Assembly (NCBI GenBank): GCA_963767925.1
Contig: CAVYGB010000002.1
Coordinates: 1,856,001-1,920,000, forward strand
Source of the DNA: an uncultured delta proteobacterium
Lineage (GTDB): Bacteria > Myxococcota_A > Polyangia > Fen-1088
DNA: 64,000 nucleotides
Reading direction: 5' to 3'
Part shown: piece after piece, positions 48,846 to 58,987 of the stretch
Position numbering within the stretch: the first letter of the stretch is position 1
How the letters are laid out: each line of letters starts with the position of its first letter
Translations under genes and position numbers: made by a program
Notes under the pieces: generated by a model
The model's database searches: none
Told to the model about the DNA's origin: nothing
The model's input: only the letters and a program-made list of their open reading frames with translations

Positions 48846-50597
48846 ATGACGCCTCTGACGTTGCCGCTCGCTCGCGCGACGCGGTTTTCTTACCTTTATG
48901 GGCTGGCCGTGGCCGGCGCCCTGGTTGCGACTGGCTGTACCGGTGGCATCGGGGAATCGCCCGGCGGCTCGACCCCCGGCGTCACCGACCCCGCCACGGG
49001 CCGGCCGCCCACCGCCGTTCCTCCGGGCGGGCAACCCCCCTCGACAAGTCCGACCCCGGTCACTCCGGGGGCCTCGCTGGACGTCGCCGCCTCGGGGATG
49101 CGGCGGCTGACCGCCGAGCAATACCGGAACACGGTCCGGGACCTGCTGAAGATGCCCGAGGTCCACACGCTGGTCTCGCCCTCGGCCCTGCCGGGCGACG
49201 GCGCCCTGGCCGATCGGTTCACCAGCAACTCGGCCACGTCGCTGCAGGGGCTCGACGCGGACAAATACGCCGACCTGGCCGACATGCTGGCCCGCAAGGC
49301 GACGACCAACCTCGCCACCCTCGTGAGCTGCGCCAGCATGGACGCCACCTGCGCCGGCAGCTTCATCGAGAGCTTCGGCAAGCGGGCCTTCCGCCGCCCG
49401 CTCACCGACGTCGAGAAGGCGCGCTACCAGAAGGTGTTCGCCGCCGGCGGCGACTTTGCCAGCGGCATCCGCCTCGTGGTGCAGACCTTCTTGCAGTCGC
49501 CCAAGTTCGTCTACCTGGTCGAGCTCGTCCCGGCCGACGGCGCCGGCAAGGTCTACGAGGTGGATAGCTGGTCGATGGCCTCGCGCCTCTCGTATTTCTT
49601 CCTCGCCAGCATGCCCGACGACGCGCTCTTCGCCGCCGCCGAGGCCGGGCAGCTCGAGACGCCCGATCAGATCGGCCAGCAGGCCACCCGCCTGATGGGC
49701 GACGCCCGCTTCCGCGAGACCATGACCCTCTTCCACAACGAGTGGCTGGAGATGGAGCAGCTCGGCAGCGCGGAGAAGGACGCCATGGCCTTCCCGATCT
49801 GGACGCCCGAGCTGAAGGCCGACCTGCAGGAGCAGACCTACCGCTTCCTCGACGCCGTCCTGCGCGAGGGCGACGGCAAGGTCGAGACCCTGCTGACCGC
49901 CAGCTTCACCTTCATGAAAGGTGGCCTCTACGATCTCTACGGCCTGCCCAGGCCGGCCGGCGCCGCGGCCAACACCTGGGCCCGGGTCGAGCTCGATCCC
50001 AAGCAGCGGGCCGGCCTCCTCACCCACGCCGGCCTGCTGGCCGGCATGGCCCACGAGGACCGCACCTCGTACATCCTCCGGGGCAAGATGGTGCGCGAGG
50101 CCTTCCTCTGCACCGTGGTGCCGCCGCCCCCGCCCGGCGTCGACGCCAGCGAGAACAACATCCCCGCCACCGCCACCGCCCAGGAGCGGTCGGTCCAGCA
50201 CCGCACCAAGCCCGAGTGCGCGAGCTGCCACGAGCTGTTCGATCCCCTGGGCTTCGCCTTCGAGATCTTCGACAGCGTGGGCCGCTTCCGCACGGTCGAC
50301 GCCGGCGGCCAGGCCATCGACTCCAAGGCGGTCATCGCCGCCACCAGCAAGCTCGACGGCACCGTGGCCGACGCGCTCGAGCTGACCCGCCGCCTCGGCC
50401 CGGCCGAGGAGGTGCGCGGCTGCGTGGCCAAGCAGTGGCTGCGCTTTGCCCTGGGCCGCGAGCCCGACGAGACCGAAGACGCCTCCACCCTGGCGGCGGT
50501 CATGGACTCGACCAACGCCAGCGGGGGGAAGATGTCCGAGATCCTCACCGCGGTCGCCCGCTCCAACGCTTTCCGCCACCTGAAGGTGAAGCCATGA
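48846..50597 (+). CDS. DUF1587/1595/1592/1588/1585 lipoprotein with CxxCH
   Basis: Lipobox ATGC; RRLTAEQYRNTVRDL, LSYFFLASMPD and CASCH..FDPLGFAFE motifs. Confidence 0.9.
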   Translation: MTPLTLPLARATRFSYLYGLAVAGALVATGCTGGIGESPGGSTPGVTDPATGRPPTAVPPGGQPPSTSPTPVTPGASLDVAASGMRRLTAEQYRNTVRDLLKMPEVHTLVSPSALPGDGALADRFTSNSATSLQGLDADKYADLADMLARKATTNLATLVSCASMDATCAGSFIESFGKRAFRRPLTDVEKARYQKVFAAGGDFASGIRLVVQTFLQSPKFVYLVELVPADGAGKVYEVDSWSMASRLSYFFLASMPDDALFAAAEAGQLETPDQIGQQATRLMGDARFRETMTLFHNEWLEMEQLGSAEKDAMAFPIWTPELKADLQEQTYRFLDAVLREGDGKVETLLTASFTFMKGGLYDLYGLPRPAGAAANTWARVELDPKQRAGLLTHAGLLAGMAHEDRTSYILRGKMVREAFLCTVVPPPPPGVDASENNIPATATAQERSVQHRTKPECASCHELFDPLGFAFEIFDSVGRFRTVDAGGQAIDSKAVIAATSKLDGTVADALELTRRLGPAEEVRGCVAKQWLRFALGREPDETEDASTLAAVMDSTNASGGKMSEILTAVARSNAFRHLKVKP

Positions 50598-51958
50598 AGC
50601 TCCTCCGGAACCTGAGCCTCGGTAAGGCCAACCCCAGCCGCCGCCAGCTCCTCAAGGCCCTCGGCCTCAGCGCGGCGGCCTACCCTCTGATGCCCACCCT
50701 CAACGGCTGGGCCCAGGAGGGCAGCCAGCCGCTGCGCCTGCTGCTGACCTTCACCTCCTCCGGGGTGGTGCCCGAGCAGTGGTACCCCACCGGCAGCGAG
50801 ACCGCCTTCAACTTCCCGGCGGGCGGCAGCACCGAGCCGTTCAACAAGCACAAGGCCGACATGATCTTCTTCCGCGGCCTCAAGCGGGGGGCGGCGGGCG
50901 GCGGCGGCCACGAGGCCTCGACCGGCGGCGTCTGGACCGGCAACTCCTGCGTGAGCAGCGTGGCCCAGGCCCCCTCGGTCGACCAGATCATCGCCAAGGC
51001 CATCCCGAAGGCGACCGACTTTCAGAGCTACCAGTTCGGGGTGCACTGCTTTTACGCGGCGGAGGGGGACATCGCCTCCAAGCGCAAGAACAACAACCCG
51101 TACATCATCCACGCCGGCAAGGCCCAGAAGATCGAGTCGCAGTGTGACCCCTACAAGGTCTACGACCAGCTCTTCGCCGGCATCAACATGGGCGGCGTTG
51201 GCGACACCATGAACATGGACCGCCTGCGCGCCGAGAAGCGCAGCGTGCTCGACGCCCTCAAGGGCGAGTTCAGCGACCTCGAGGTCAAGGTGGCCCGCGA
51301 GGACAAGCTGAAGATCGCCTCGCACCTCGAGTCGGTGCGCGAGATCGAGCGCCGGCTCGACAGCGCAGGGCCGCGCATGATCGGCGCCATCCCCCGTCCC
51401 CAGGGCGGCATCGCGCTCGACCGCTCGGCGAACTATCCGCAGCTCATCGGCGTCATGAACCGGATGGTGGTGGCGGCCCTGGCCTCCGACCGCACCCGGA
51501 TCGCCTCGCTGCAGCTCTCCCGCGGCTTCAGCCAGATCCTGCACTCCTGGGTGGGCGCCCGCGAGGACCACCACACCATGTCGCACAAGGAAGGCGAGAA
51601 GGCCACCCTGGCCAAGATCCAGGGCTGGTATTGCCAGCGCTTCTCCGAGCTGTTCGACCTGATGAAGGCGGTCCCCGAAGGCAACGGGACCCTGCTCGAC
51701 CACACGCTGGTCGCGTATTCGAACGAGCTGGCGCTGGGCTGGACCCACGGGGTCGATCCGGCGGCGACCTACTGGGTGACCGGTGCCCAGGGCCGCTTCG
51801 GAGGCAAGCTCAAGTCCTCCGGGCGCTTCCTCGATTACAGCAACCAGTTCGACTACAACCAGATGCTGCAGACCATGTGTCATCTCATGGGCGCCACCAG
51901 CGTCACCAAGGTCGGCGACTTCGGCAAACCCGGAATCATCGCCCCCTTGCTGGCCTGA
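50594..51958 (+). CDS. DUF1552 domain protein (Tat signal)
   Basis: ATGA overlap; SRRQLL, SVDQIIA, HLESVREIE and HHTMSH motifs. Confidence 0.88.
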   Translation: MKLLRNLSLGKANPSRRQLLKALGLSAAAYPLMPTLNGWAQEGSQPLRLLLTFTSSGVVPEQWYPTGSETAFNFPAGGSTEPFNKHKADMIFFRGLKRGAAGGGGHEASTGGVWTGNSCVSSVAQAPSVDQIIAKAIPKATDFQSYQFGVHCFYAAEGDIASKRKNNNPYIIHAGKAQKIESQCDPYKVYDQLFAGINMGGVGDTMNMDRLRAEKRSVLDALKGEFSDLEVKVAREDKLKIASHLESVREIERRLDSAGPRMIGAIPRPQGGIALDRSANYPQLIGVMNRMVVAALASDRTRIASLQLSRGFSQILHSWVGAREDHHTMSHKEGEKATLAKIQGWYCQRFSELFDLMKAVPEGNGTLLDHTLVAYSNELALGWTHGVDPAATYWVTGAQGRFGGKLKSSGRFLDYSNQFDYNQMLQTMCHLMGATSVTKVGDFGKPGIIAPLLA

Positions 51959-51992
51959 TCGGGCAGCAGGACCGGCTCGGTCACGCCCCCAT

Positions 51993-52132
51993 TGCCCGTT
52001 TGCCCTCGCCCCGCGGCCGTCTGCGGACGTGGGGCGAGGGACGGGTGAGGGGGCGGTTGCCTCGCCGGAGGCCCCTCACCGGTCGCACAGACGCGCCGAC
52101 CTCTCCCCACGGCAGACCGCGGGGGGAGGTGA
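51993..52132 (-). repeat. Composite ~140-bp REP-like element
   Basis: Inverted homolog of 58719-58882 and 60818-60938, between convergent genes. Confidence 0.8.
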
Positions 52133-52148
52133 GGCGGCCCGGGATCGA

Positions 52149-53564
52149 CTATCGGGTGGGATCGGCGACGCGGCCCATGAACAGGATCGCGCCGGTGGGC
52201 GCGTCGCGGACGAAGAAGAGGAAGGGGCGGTCGACGTTGATCGGCAGGCCCTGGGGGATGCTGGTGATGCCGCCGACCACGCCGGTGGCCGCCGCTGCCT
52301 CGGTGCCCTTCTCGCCGACGGCGATGAAGGCCTTGTGCTGGACCGCCTGCAAGTACAGCCGGGCCTGGGCGTTGATGCCGGAGAAGTCGGCGGCCGAGGT
52401 GAACGCCAGCGGCATGCCCAGGGCGGAGAGGGCCGGGGCCAGCGCGGTGGCGGTCTCGAACCGGAAGCGGGGCAGGCCGAGGAGGACCTTGGTCTCCTCG
52501 AGGGCGCTGGTCACCGCGTCGAGGCCGTCACGCGCCAGGCGCGCCTCGACCTCGGCCAGCTTGCCGGCGTCGGGAAGCACGACAAGCATGCTCAGGCGCT
52601 CGTCCTGGTAGGGCAGGGCGACGGCGACCAGGCCGGGCAGGGTGGCGGCCGGTACCCGGGGCTCGCTGCGCATGGTGGGCACCCGGACGGTGCGCCCGTC
52701 GAGCAGGGTGAAGGTGCCGTCGGAGGTCTTGCCGGGCTCGAAGGGGAGCTTCCAGGCGGCGTTGAAGTAGACCGCGTTGGTCAGCACGAAGCGGGTGGCG
52801 CCATCGAGCACGCCGGGCGGGAGGAGGTCCTTGATGCGGTCTTCCGTCTTCTCCTCGACCCAGCGGTTGATGGCCAGGCGCGAGGTCTCGGTGGCGCCGA
52901 CGAAGTCGAGCAGCTTCACCCCGGCGCCGTAGCTCTCGGCGAGGGTGTCGAGGAAGGTGGTGTCCATGGCGAATCCCTGCTGGGCCCAGGTTGCGTTCAC
53001 GATGTTCAGCCGGAAGGCCTTGCCATCGGCGCCCTGGGTCCCCTGGCCGCGGGTGTCGAGCGCCGCGGTGAGGTCGTTCATCGCCGGGTGCAGCCGGGCC
53101 TGGGGCAGGCCGAAGCGGAGGGCGGTGGACACCTGCGACTCGGTGGTCCCGCGCGCGCCCGCGAAGGTCATCGCCAGCGCGGTCGAGATGCTGGTCGGCG
53201 AGAACACCAGGTTGGGGTTGTCCCCCTCGATCTGCCCGTAGAGGGCCAGGGCGAAGGCGGCGTTGCCCTCGGCGAGGGTACGCCGGTCCGCCTCGCTCAC
53301 GCCGGGGGCCGCGTCGCGGGCCTTCTGCGAGCGCGCCTCGGCCAGCACCTCGCCCCCGGGGGGCGGCGGCGCGGGCGGCGTGCCAGGCGGCTGGGCGGGC
53401 GGGTTGCCCGGGGCTGGAGGCGCGCCCGGCGGGCTCACCGGCGGCGGCGCGGGGCTCGGGCCCCCGGCCTCGTCACAGGCGGCCCCCGTGAGGGCCAGGG
53501 CGAGGGCCAGGGCCGACCCGGCAACAACTCGTGAGGACAGGCGCTCGTCGCGAAGGTAAGGCAT
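52149..53564 (-). CDS. Serpin family lipoprotein
   Basis: NLVFSPTSI, INRWVEEKT, NAVYFNAAW, EKGTEAAAAT and DRPFLF motifs; lipobox GAAC. Confidence 0.95.
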   Translation of the reverse strand: MPYLRDERLSSRVVAGSALALALALTGAACDEAGGPSPAPPPVSPPGAPPAPGNPPAQPPGTPPAPPPPGGEVLAEARSQKARDAAPGVSEADRRTLAEGNAAFALALYGQIEGDNPNLVFSPTSISTALAMTFAGARGTTESQVSTALRFGLPQARLHPAMNDLTAALDTRGQGTQGADGKAFRLNIVNATWAQQGFAMDTTFLDTLAESYGAGVKLLDFVGATETSRLAINRWVEEKTEDRIKDLLPPGVLDGATRFVLTNAVYFNAAWKLPFEPGKTSDGTFTLLDGRTVRVPTMRSEPRVPAATLPGLVAVALPYQDERLSMLVVLPDAGKLAEVEARLARDGLDAVTSALEETKVLLGLPRFRFETATALAPALSALGMPLAFTSAADFSGINAQARLYLQAVQHKAFIAVGEKGTEAAAATGVVGGITSIPQGLPINVDRPFLFFVRDAPTGAILFMGRVADPTR

Positions 53565-53577
53565 GGCCGCGCAAGGC

Positions 53578-53593
53578 AGCAAAGCGGGTGCCA
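53578..53593 (-). promoter_or_regulatory. Sigma-54 promoter
   Basis: Minus strand reads TGGCACCCGCTTTGCT, just upstream of the serpin ATG. Confidence 0.6.
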
Positions 53594-53726
53594 CGCACGC
53601 TCACCTTGCCTCCTTTCAAACTACCCGACGCACCGGGGGCCGGCAATCACCCGCCCCTCGAATTCCCGACACCGGCCACGGATCTCCGCGGCGAGTCGCT
53701 GGCGCGCGCCCGCGCTCCCCGGCGCG

Positions 53727-54725
53727 TCAGCGGGTAGCGAACGTCCACTCGAGCCGGATCGGCCAGCCCGCCTGGCGCCCCACCAGGCGCACGACGTACG
53801 CCGTCGCCGGCTCGAGCGGCGCGTGGGAATACATCACCGTCTCCCGCTGCAGGATCCCCTGCGCCGCCGGCATGCCGGGGGTGATCCAGACGTGGGGCAC
53901 GGGCAACATCTTGGCGTCGAGCAGCTCGTGCGAGTCGACCTCGAGGTCGTCGGCGTAGATGATGATCGGGTAGCCGCTGGGCCACCCCGCCGGCGGCACC
54001 GGTAGCCGCGGCGACTCGATCCGCCCGTCGAACGCCAGGGGCACGTCGGTCTGGCCGTTGTACGGATAGGTCACCGGACCGTCGGGCCGGGCCGCCGAGC
54101 CCCACCCGAAGTTCATGGTGTCGCAGCGGGGGCCGCCGCCGTAGCCGAGGTCGCTCACCCAGGGGCTCATCACCGGGATCCGGTGCCACACCGAATCGAC
54201 CCACAGGTCCACCGCGCGCGCCCCGTCGCCGACGTAGGCCATCGCCTCGTAGGCCGGCGGCCCCTCGTAGCCCGAGCGGTACATGCGGTCGCCGAAGCGC
54301 TCGGAGAGGAACCCCCGGCAGCCCCAGCGCTGTCCGTGGGGATCGTCGGTGCAGGTCCCGCGGTTGACGTTGGAGATGTAATACGCGCAGTGGGCGGAGG
54401 CGGCCGCCGCGATCTCCGGCACGAAGTTCATGCAGGGCAGGCGCACCCGGCGGCGGTACGAGTTCACGCGATCGTAGGCCGCCTCGGCGCGGGGGTCGGT
54501 GGCCAGCGCCCGCGGGCAGGTGGTGGTGCCCGCCGGCAGATCGTTGTCCAGCCACTCGTCGAGGTCGGCCAGCGGCGGCGGCAGCCCCTGGTGAAAGCGC
54601 CACACGGCCGGCGGCACCTGGCAGGCGGCGCCGCTGCCCGCGAGGACGAGCGCGAGGATCAGGCCCGTGGTCTCCCGCCGTGGAAAAATCAATGCGCTTC
54701 CACTCGGAGAAAACACGCGGCGCAA
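53727..54725 (-). CDS. CAP (SCP/PR-1-like) domain lipoprotein
   Basis: VNSYRR, AASAHCAY and WVDSVWHR motifs, plus an Ig-like C-terminus ending WTFAT. Start uncertain. Confidence 0.8.
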   Translation of the reverse strand: MRRVFSPSGSALIFPRRETTGLILALVLAGSGAACQVPPAVWRFHQGLPPPLADLDEWLDNDLPAGTTTCPRALATDPRAEAAYDRVNSYRRRVRLPCMNFVPEIAAAASAHCAYYISNVNRGTCTDDPHGQRWGCRGFLSERFGDRMYRSGYEGPPAYEAMAYVGDGARAVDLWVDSVWHRIPVMSPWVSDLGYGGGPRCDTMNFGWGSAARPDGPVTYPYNGQTDVPLAFDGRIESPRLPVPPAGWPSGYPIIIYADDLEVDSHELLDAKMLPVPHVWITPGMPAAQGILQRETVMYSHAPLEPATAYVVRLVGRQAGWPIRLEWTFATR

Positions 54726-54910
54726 GGTACCAGTGTTTTTACTTAGTAGGCGTAAAACTTATGAACACCTACACATCGCCCCGCAGCGAAATTCGCCGTG
54801 GAAATGGGGCGCCCTGCCCGGCGGGATGGACGACGCAACCGGACTGGCTCGATAGGCAGGCTGAGCGCGCGTCCCACTTCGCGCTCGGCCGGGGCCTCGA
54901 CCCGGGCTGG

Positions 54911-55109
54911 GCCGGCGCCCCCTCACCCCAACCCTCTCCCCGCTCCGCGGAGCTCCGCGGGGCGAGGGCGAACGGTCAGCGAGGGGCCGGCATCATCTCG
55001 GAAGTGGTCGCAACGGTTCGTTCACCTGGCAGGGGATCGAGGCGACTCGCCAGGTGTTCGCCCTCGCCCCGCGAAGCCGGGAGAGGGTGGAGGTGAGGGG
55101 TCCGCCGGC
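54911..55109. repeat. Inverted REP doublet (REPIN-like)
   Basis: Same arm family, around a third unique ~80-bp spacer. Confidence 0.8.
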
Positions 55110-55162
55110 GTGTTCGCTCGGTGCTCCAGTATTCCGAACCGGATGGTCGACCCCGCGGGCCC

Positions 55163-55375
55163 TCAGCGCGCGCTGCCGGTGGCCGGTAGCGCGAGGTGGA
55201 AGGTGGCGCCGGCGTCGGGGTTGGCGGTGGCCCAGAGCTGGCCGCCGTGGCGCTCGACGATGGCGCGGCTGATCGAGAGGCCCATGCCGAGGCCGCCCGG
55301 CTTGGTTGTGTGGAAGGCCTCGAACAGGCGGGAGGGGAAATTTCAGCGCCGATGCCGGCGATCCTGGCGCCGGTG
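55163..55375 (-). pseudogene. 3' fragment of sensor histidine kinase (HATPase_c)
   Basis: [49 protein letters not shown]. An in-frame TGA lies just upstream and there is no HisKA domain. Confidence 0.8.
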
Positions 55376-55478
55376 GCGCGCCCGGACCGCGACGCCGCCC
55401 CCGGTTTCGGGCCCGATCCGGCGCGGGGCGGGCGCGTTTGCTTGCCCCACCGCGCGCGGGCCATCTTAAGCTGCCGCC

Positions 55479-56156
55479 ATGTCGGAACAGGAACCCTGGC
55501 TGGACGAGCCCACGCGCGAACCGGAGCCGGTGGTCCTGGTGGTGGACGACGACGCCTCGGTGCGGGACAGCCTGCGCCGGCTGTTCACCTCCGAGGGGCT
55601 GGCGGTGCGGGCTTATCCCAGCGCGCACGCCTTCCTCGCCGCCCGTCCCGGCACGGGGCCCACCTGCCTGGTGCTCGACGTCCACCTGCCCGATCTCAGC
55701 GGCCTCGACCTGCAGGCCCGCCTGGCCGGCACCGACACGCCGCCGCCCATCGTGTTTCTGGCCGGCCGCGGGGACATCCCCATGACCGTCAAGGCGATCA
55801 AGGCGGGCGCGGTCGAGTTCCTGACCAAGCCCTACCGGCCCGAGGAGCTGGTCGCCGCCGTTCGCCACGGGCTGGCCCAGGACGGGGCCCAGCGCCAGGA
55901 CCGGCGCGAACGCCTCGTCATCACCCAGCGCTACCAGTCGCTGACCGCGCGCGAGCAAGGGGTGATGGCCGGCGTGGTGCGGGGGCTGCTCAACAAGCAG
56001 ATCGCCTCGGAGTTCGGCACCAAGGAGGCGACGGTGAAGGAGCAGCGGGCCCAGATGATGCGCAAGATGGTGGCGGGCTCGCTGCCCGAGCTGGTCCGGA
56101 TGGCCAGCCGCCTGGGCCTGCCCGCCGTCCACCGCCCTTCGCTCCCCCGAGGATGA
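55479..56156 (+). CDS. FixJ/NodW-type response regulator (REC + LuxR HTH)
   Basis: VVDDD, LDVHLP, FLTKP and LTAREQ..GLLNKQIA motifs. Confidence 0.92.
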   Translation: MSEQEPWLDEPTREPEPVVLVVDDDASVRDSLRRLFTSEGLAVRAYPSAHAFLAARPGTGPTCLVLDVHLPDLSGLDLQARLAGTDTPPPIVFLAGRGDIPMTVKAIKAGAVEFLTKPYRPEELVAAVRHGLAQDGAQRQDRRERLVITQRYQSLTAREQGVMAGVVRGLLNKQIASEFGTKEATVKEQRAQMMRKMVAGSLPELVRMASRLGLPAVHRPSLPRG

Positions 56157-56267
56157 CAGGTGACCGATGACGGTTCGATGACAGGTCGGTTTCCGATTCG
56201 TTACCGGGCGACCGTCCCTTCCAAGGTCGGGTAGACGGTTCGTGCCGGGCGCCGATACGGTCGCCCC

Positions 56268-57281
<1,014 letters not shown>

Positions 57282-57339
57282 ACCGCGAAACCCCGGTCGG
57301 CCGTGGCGCCAGCCGGGGCCAGGGCGGGGGCCGCCGGGC

Positions 57340-57981
57340 TCAGCGGATGGGATCGCCGGTGCTGTATGAACCGAGCGAGCCACTGGGGGTCACGCGCACC
57401 GAGCCCCAGTCGAAGCCCGAACGGTTGAAGGCGCCGGCGTCACTCACCCAGCGCTTGACCCCGTTCTCGAAGAAGAAGATGCGCGGGTCGCCCCGCTCGC
57501 GCAGCAGGGCCCGATCGGGCGGCCGATCGGCGAGGTGGTCCATCGCCCCCACCGGCACCTCGATGACCTGCTCGGTCTTGAAGCCCAGCTCGCGCAGCTC
57601 CTTCTCCCCGGCCACCTGGAAGCGGGTGCCCTTCTGGACGACGAAGATCTTGTCCGACCCCGCCTCCCGGAACAGGAACCCGTCCTGCTTGGCCTGCTGG
57701 CGCAGGCTCTCGGCCTTGCGCAACCCTTGCAGGAACTCGGGATCGAACCGGGGCGCCGCCCGCGACTTCCCCGCCCTGGCCAGCCAGGCCGGCGGCGCCG
57801 CTGGGGGGGAGGGCGAGTCCGCAGGGGCGGGGCGCTCCGCTTCGGGTGGCGCCGGGACATAAGCCACCGGCTCGACCTCGGCCGCCGGCGGCTCCTTGCC
57901 GAGCAGCTTGAAGATGAAACTCCCCAGCAGCCCCAGCACCCCCAGCGCAACAACGGAGAAAACAACGACCGTCGGTCGCAT
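57340..57981 (-). CDS. Membrane-anchored protein with two ~55-aa internal repeats
   Basis: N-terminal TM. LFREAGSDKIFVVQKGTR..GF..V.EVP.G aligns with LLRERGDPRIFFFENGVKR..GF..V.VTP.G. Confidence 0.75.
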   Translation of the reverse strand: MRPTVVVFSVVALGVLGLLGSFIFKLLGKEPPAAEVEPVAYVPAPPEAERPAPADSPSPPAAPPAWLARAGKSRAAPRFDPEFLQGLRKAESLRQQAKQDGFLFREAGSDKIFVVQKGTRFQVAGEKELRELGFKTEQVIEVPVGAMDHLADRPPDRALLRERGDPRIFFFENGVKRWVSDAGAFNRSGFDWGSVRVTPSGSLGSYSTGDPIR

Positions 57982-58309
57982 ACGCGTCAGGTATCCTTCA
58001 TCGGCGGCGTTTTTCCAGGCTCGCGGCGGCGCGCGCGCCCTGCGATCGGCGCCGCCCCGACACCGTCCCCGAGGAGTCCGACGGACCGCGGGGCCGCCGT
58101 GTTCAGCTCGCTCGAGCCCATGTTCCCGTACATCTCTGCCACAGGTGACCGCAGCGTGTTCGTAAATGTGGCGGACCCGAACGCCGAGCGCCAGACCACC
58201 GCGACGCTGCCCGGCGGCTACCACGGCGGCCAGCGTCGAAGACCCCGCAGCCAGGGCTGATCGCCGGACAGGGAGCCGGGGCGTCACCTCTCCCGGCGGG
58301 TCGCCGGGG

Positions 58310-58610
58310 GCGATGACGTCTGCGGGGAGGGCGGGGGCGATGACCTCTGCGGGGAGGGCGGGGGCGATGACCTCTGCGGGGAGGGCGCGGGGGCGATGAC
58401 CTCTGCGGGGAGGGCGCGGGGGCGATGACCTCTGCGGGAAGGAGCCGGGCGATGACGTCTGCGGGAGGGAGCCGGGCGATGACGTCTGCGGGAGGGAGCC
58501 GGGCGATGACGTCTGCGGGAAGGAGCCGGGCGATGACGTCTGCGGGAAGGAGCCGGGCGATGACGTCTGCGGGAGGGAGCCGGGCGATGACGTCTGCGGG
58601 AGGGAGCCGG
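58310..58610. repeat. Tandem array, 11 copies of 27-29 bp
   Basis: Unit GCGATGAC(G/C)TCTGCGGG(A/G)(A/G)GG(AGCCGG/GCGGGG). Nine copies are 27 bp and two are 29 bp; degenerate copies continue to about 58660. Confidence 0.95.
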
Positions 58611-58718
58611 GGCATCACTCGCTGGGGGGAGCCGGGGCACCTCGCTGGGGGGGAGCCGGGCGATAATTCTCCGGCGGGGCGACCCGCCGGTCACCTCGCA
58701 GGCAGGGCGCCCATCTCT

Positions 58719-58882
58719 TCACCTCTCCCCGCGGTCTGCCGTGGGGAGAGGTCGGCGCGTCTGCGCGCCGGGTGAGGGGCCTCCGGCGAGGCAACCGCCC
58801 CTCATCCTCGCCCACTACCCCCGGCCGCAGACGGCCCACTACCCCCAGCCGCAGACGGCCGCGGGGAGAGGGCAAACGGGCA
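58719..58882 (+). repeat. Composite REP-like element with internal duplication
   Basis: CCTCTCCCCGCGG-TCTG-CCGTGGGGAGAGG, GCGCG-TCTG-CGCGC, and a duplicated CCCACTACCCC..GCCGCAGACGG. Confidence 0.8.
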
Positions 58883-58987
58883 GGGGCTGCCAGGCTGAAC
58901 GGCGCTGCCGCCCGCGCGCTGTGGCGGCATTGTCGGATCTTGCGTCGGTATTTCTGGGCGGGGGGGAGCTACGATGGCGGTCGCTGC

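Noticed and set aside
58310..58610. CRISPR array
   Set aside because: The units are contiguous with no unique spacers, and no cas genes are present.
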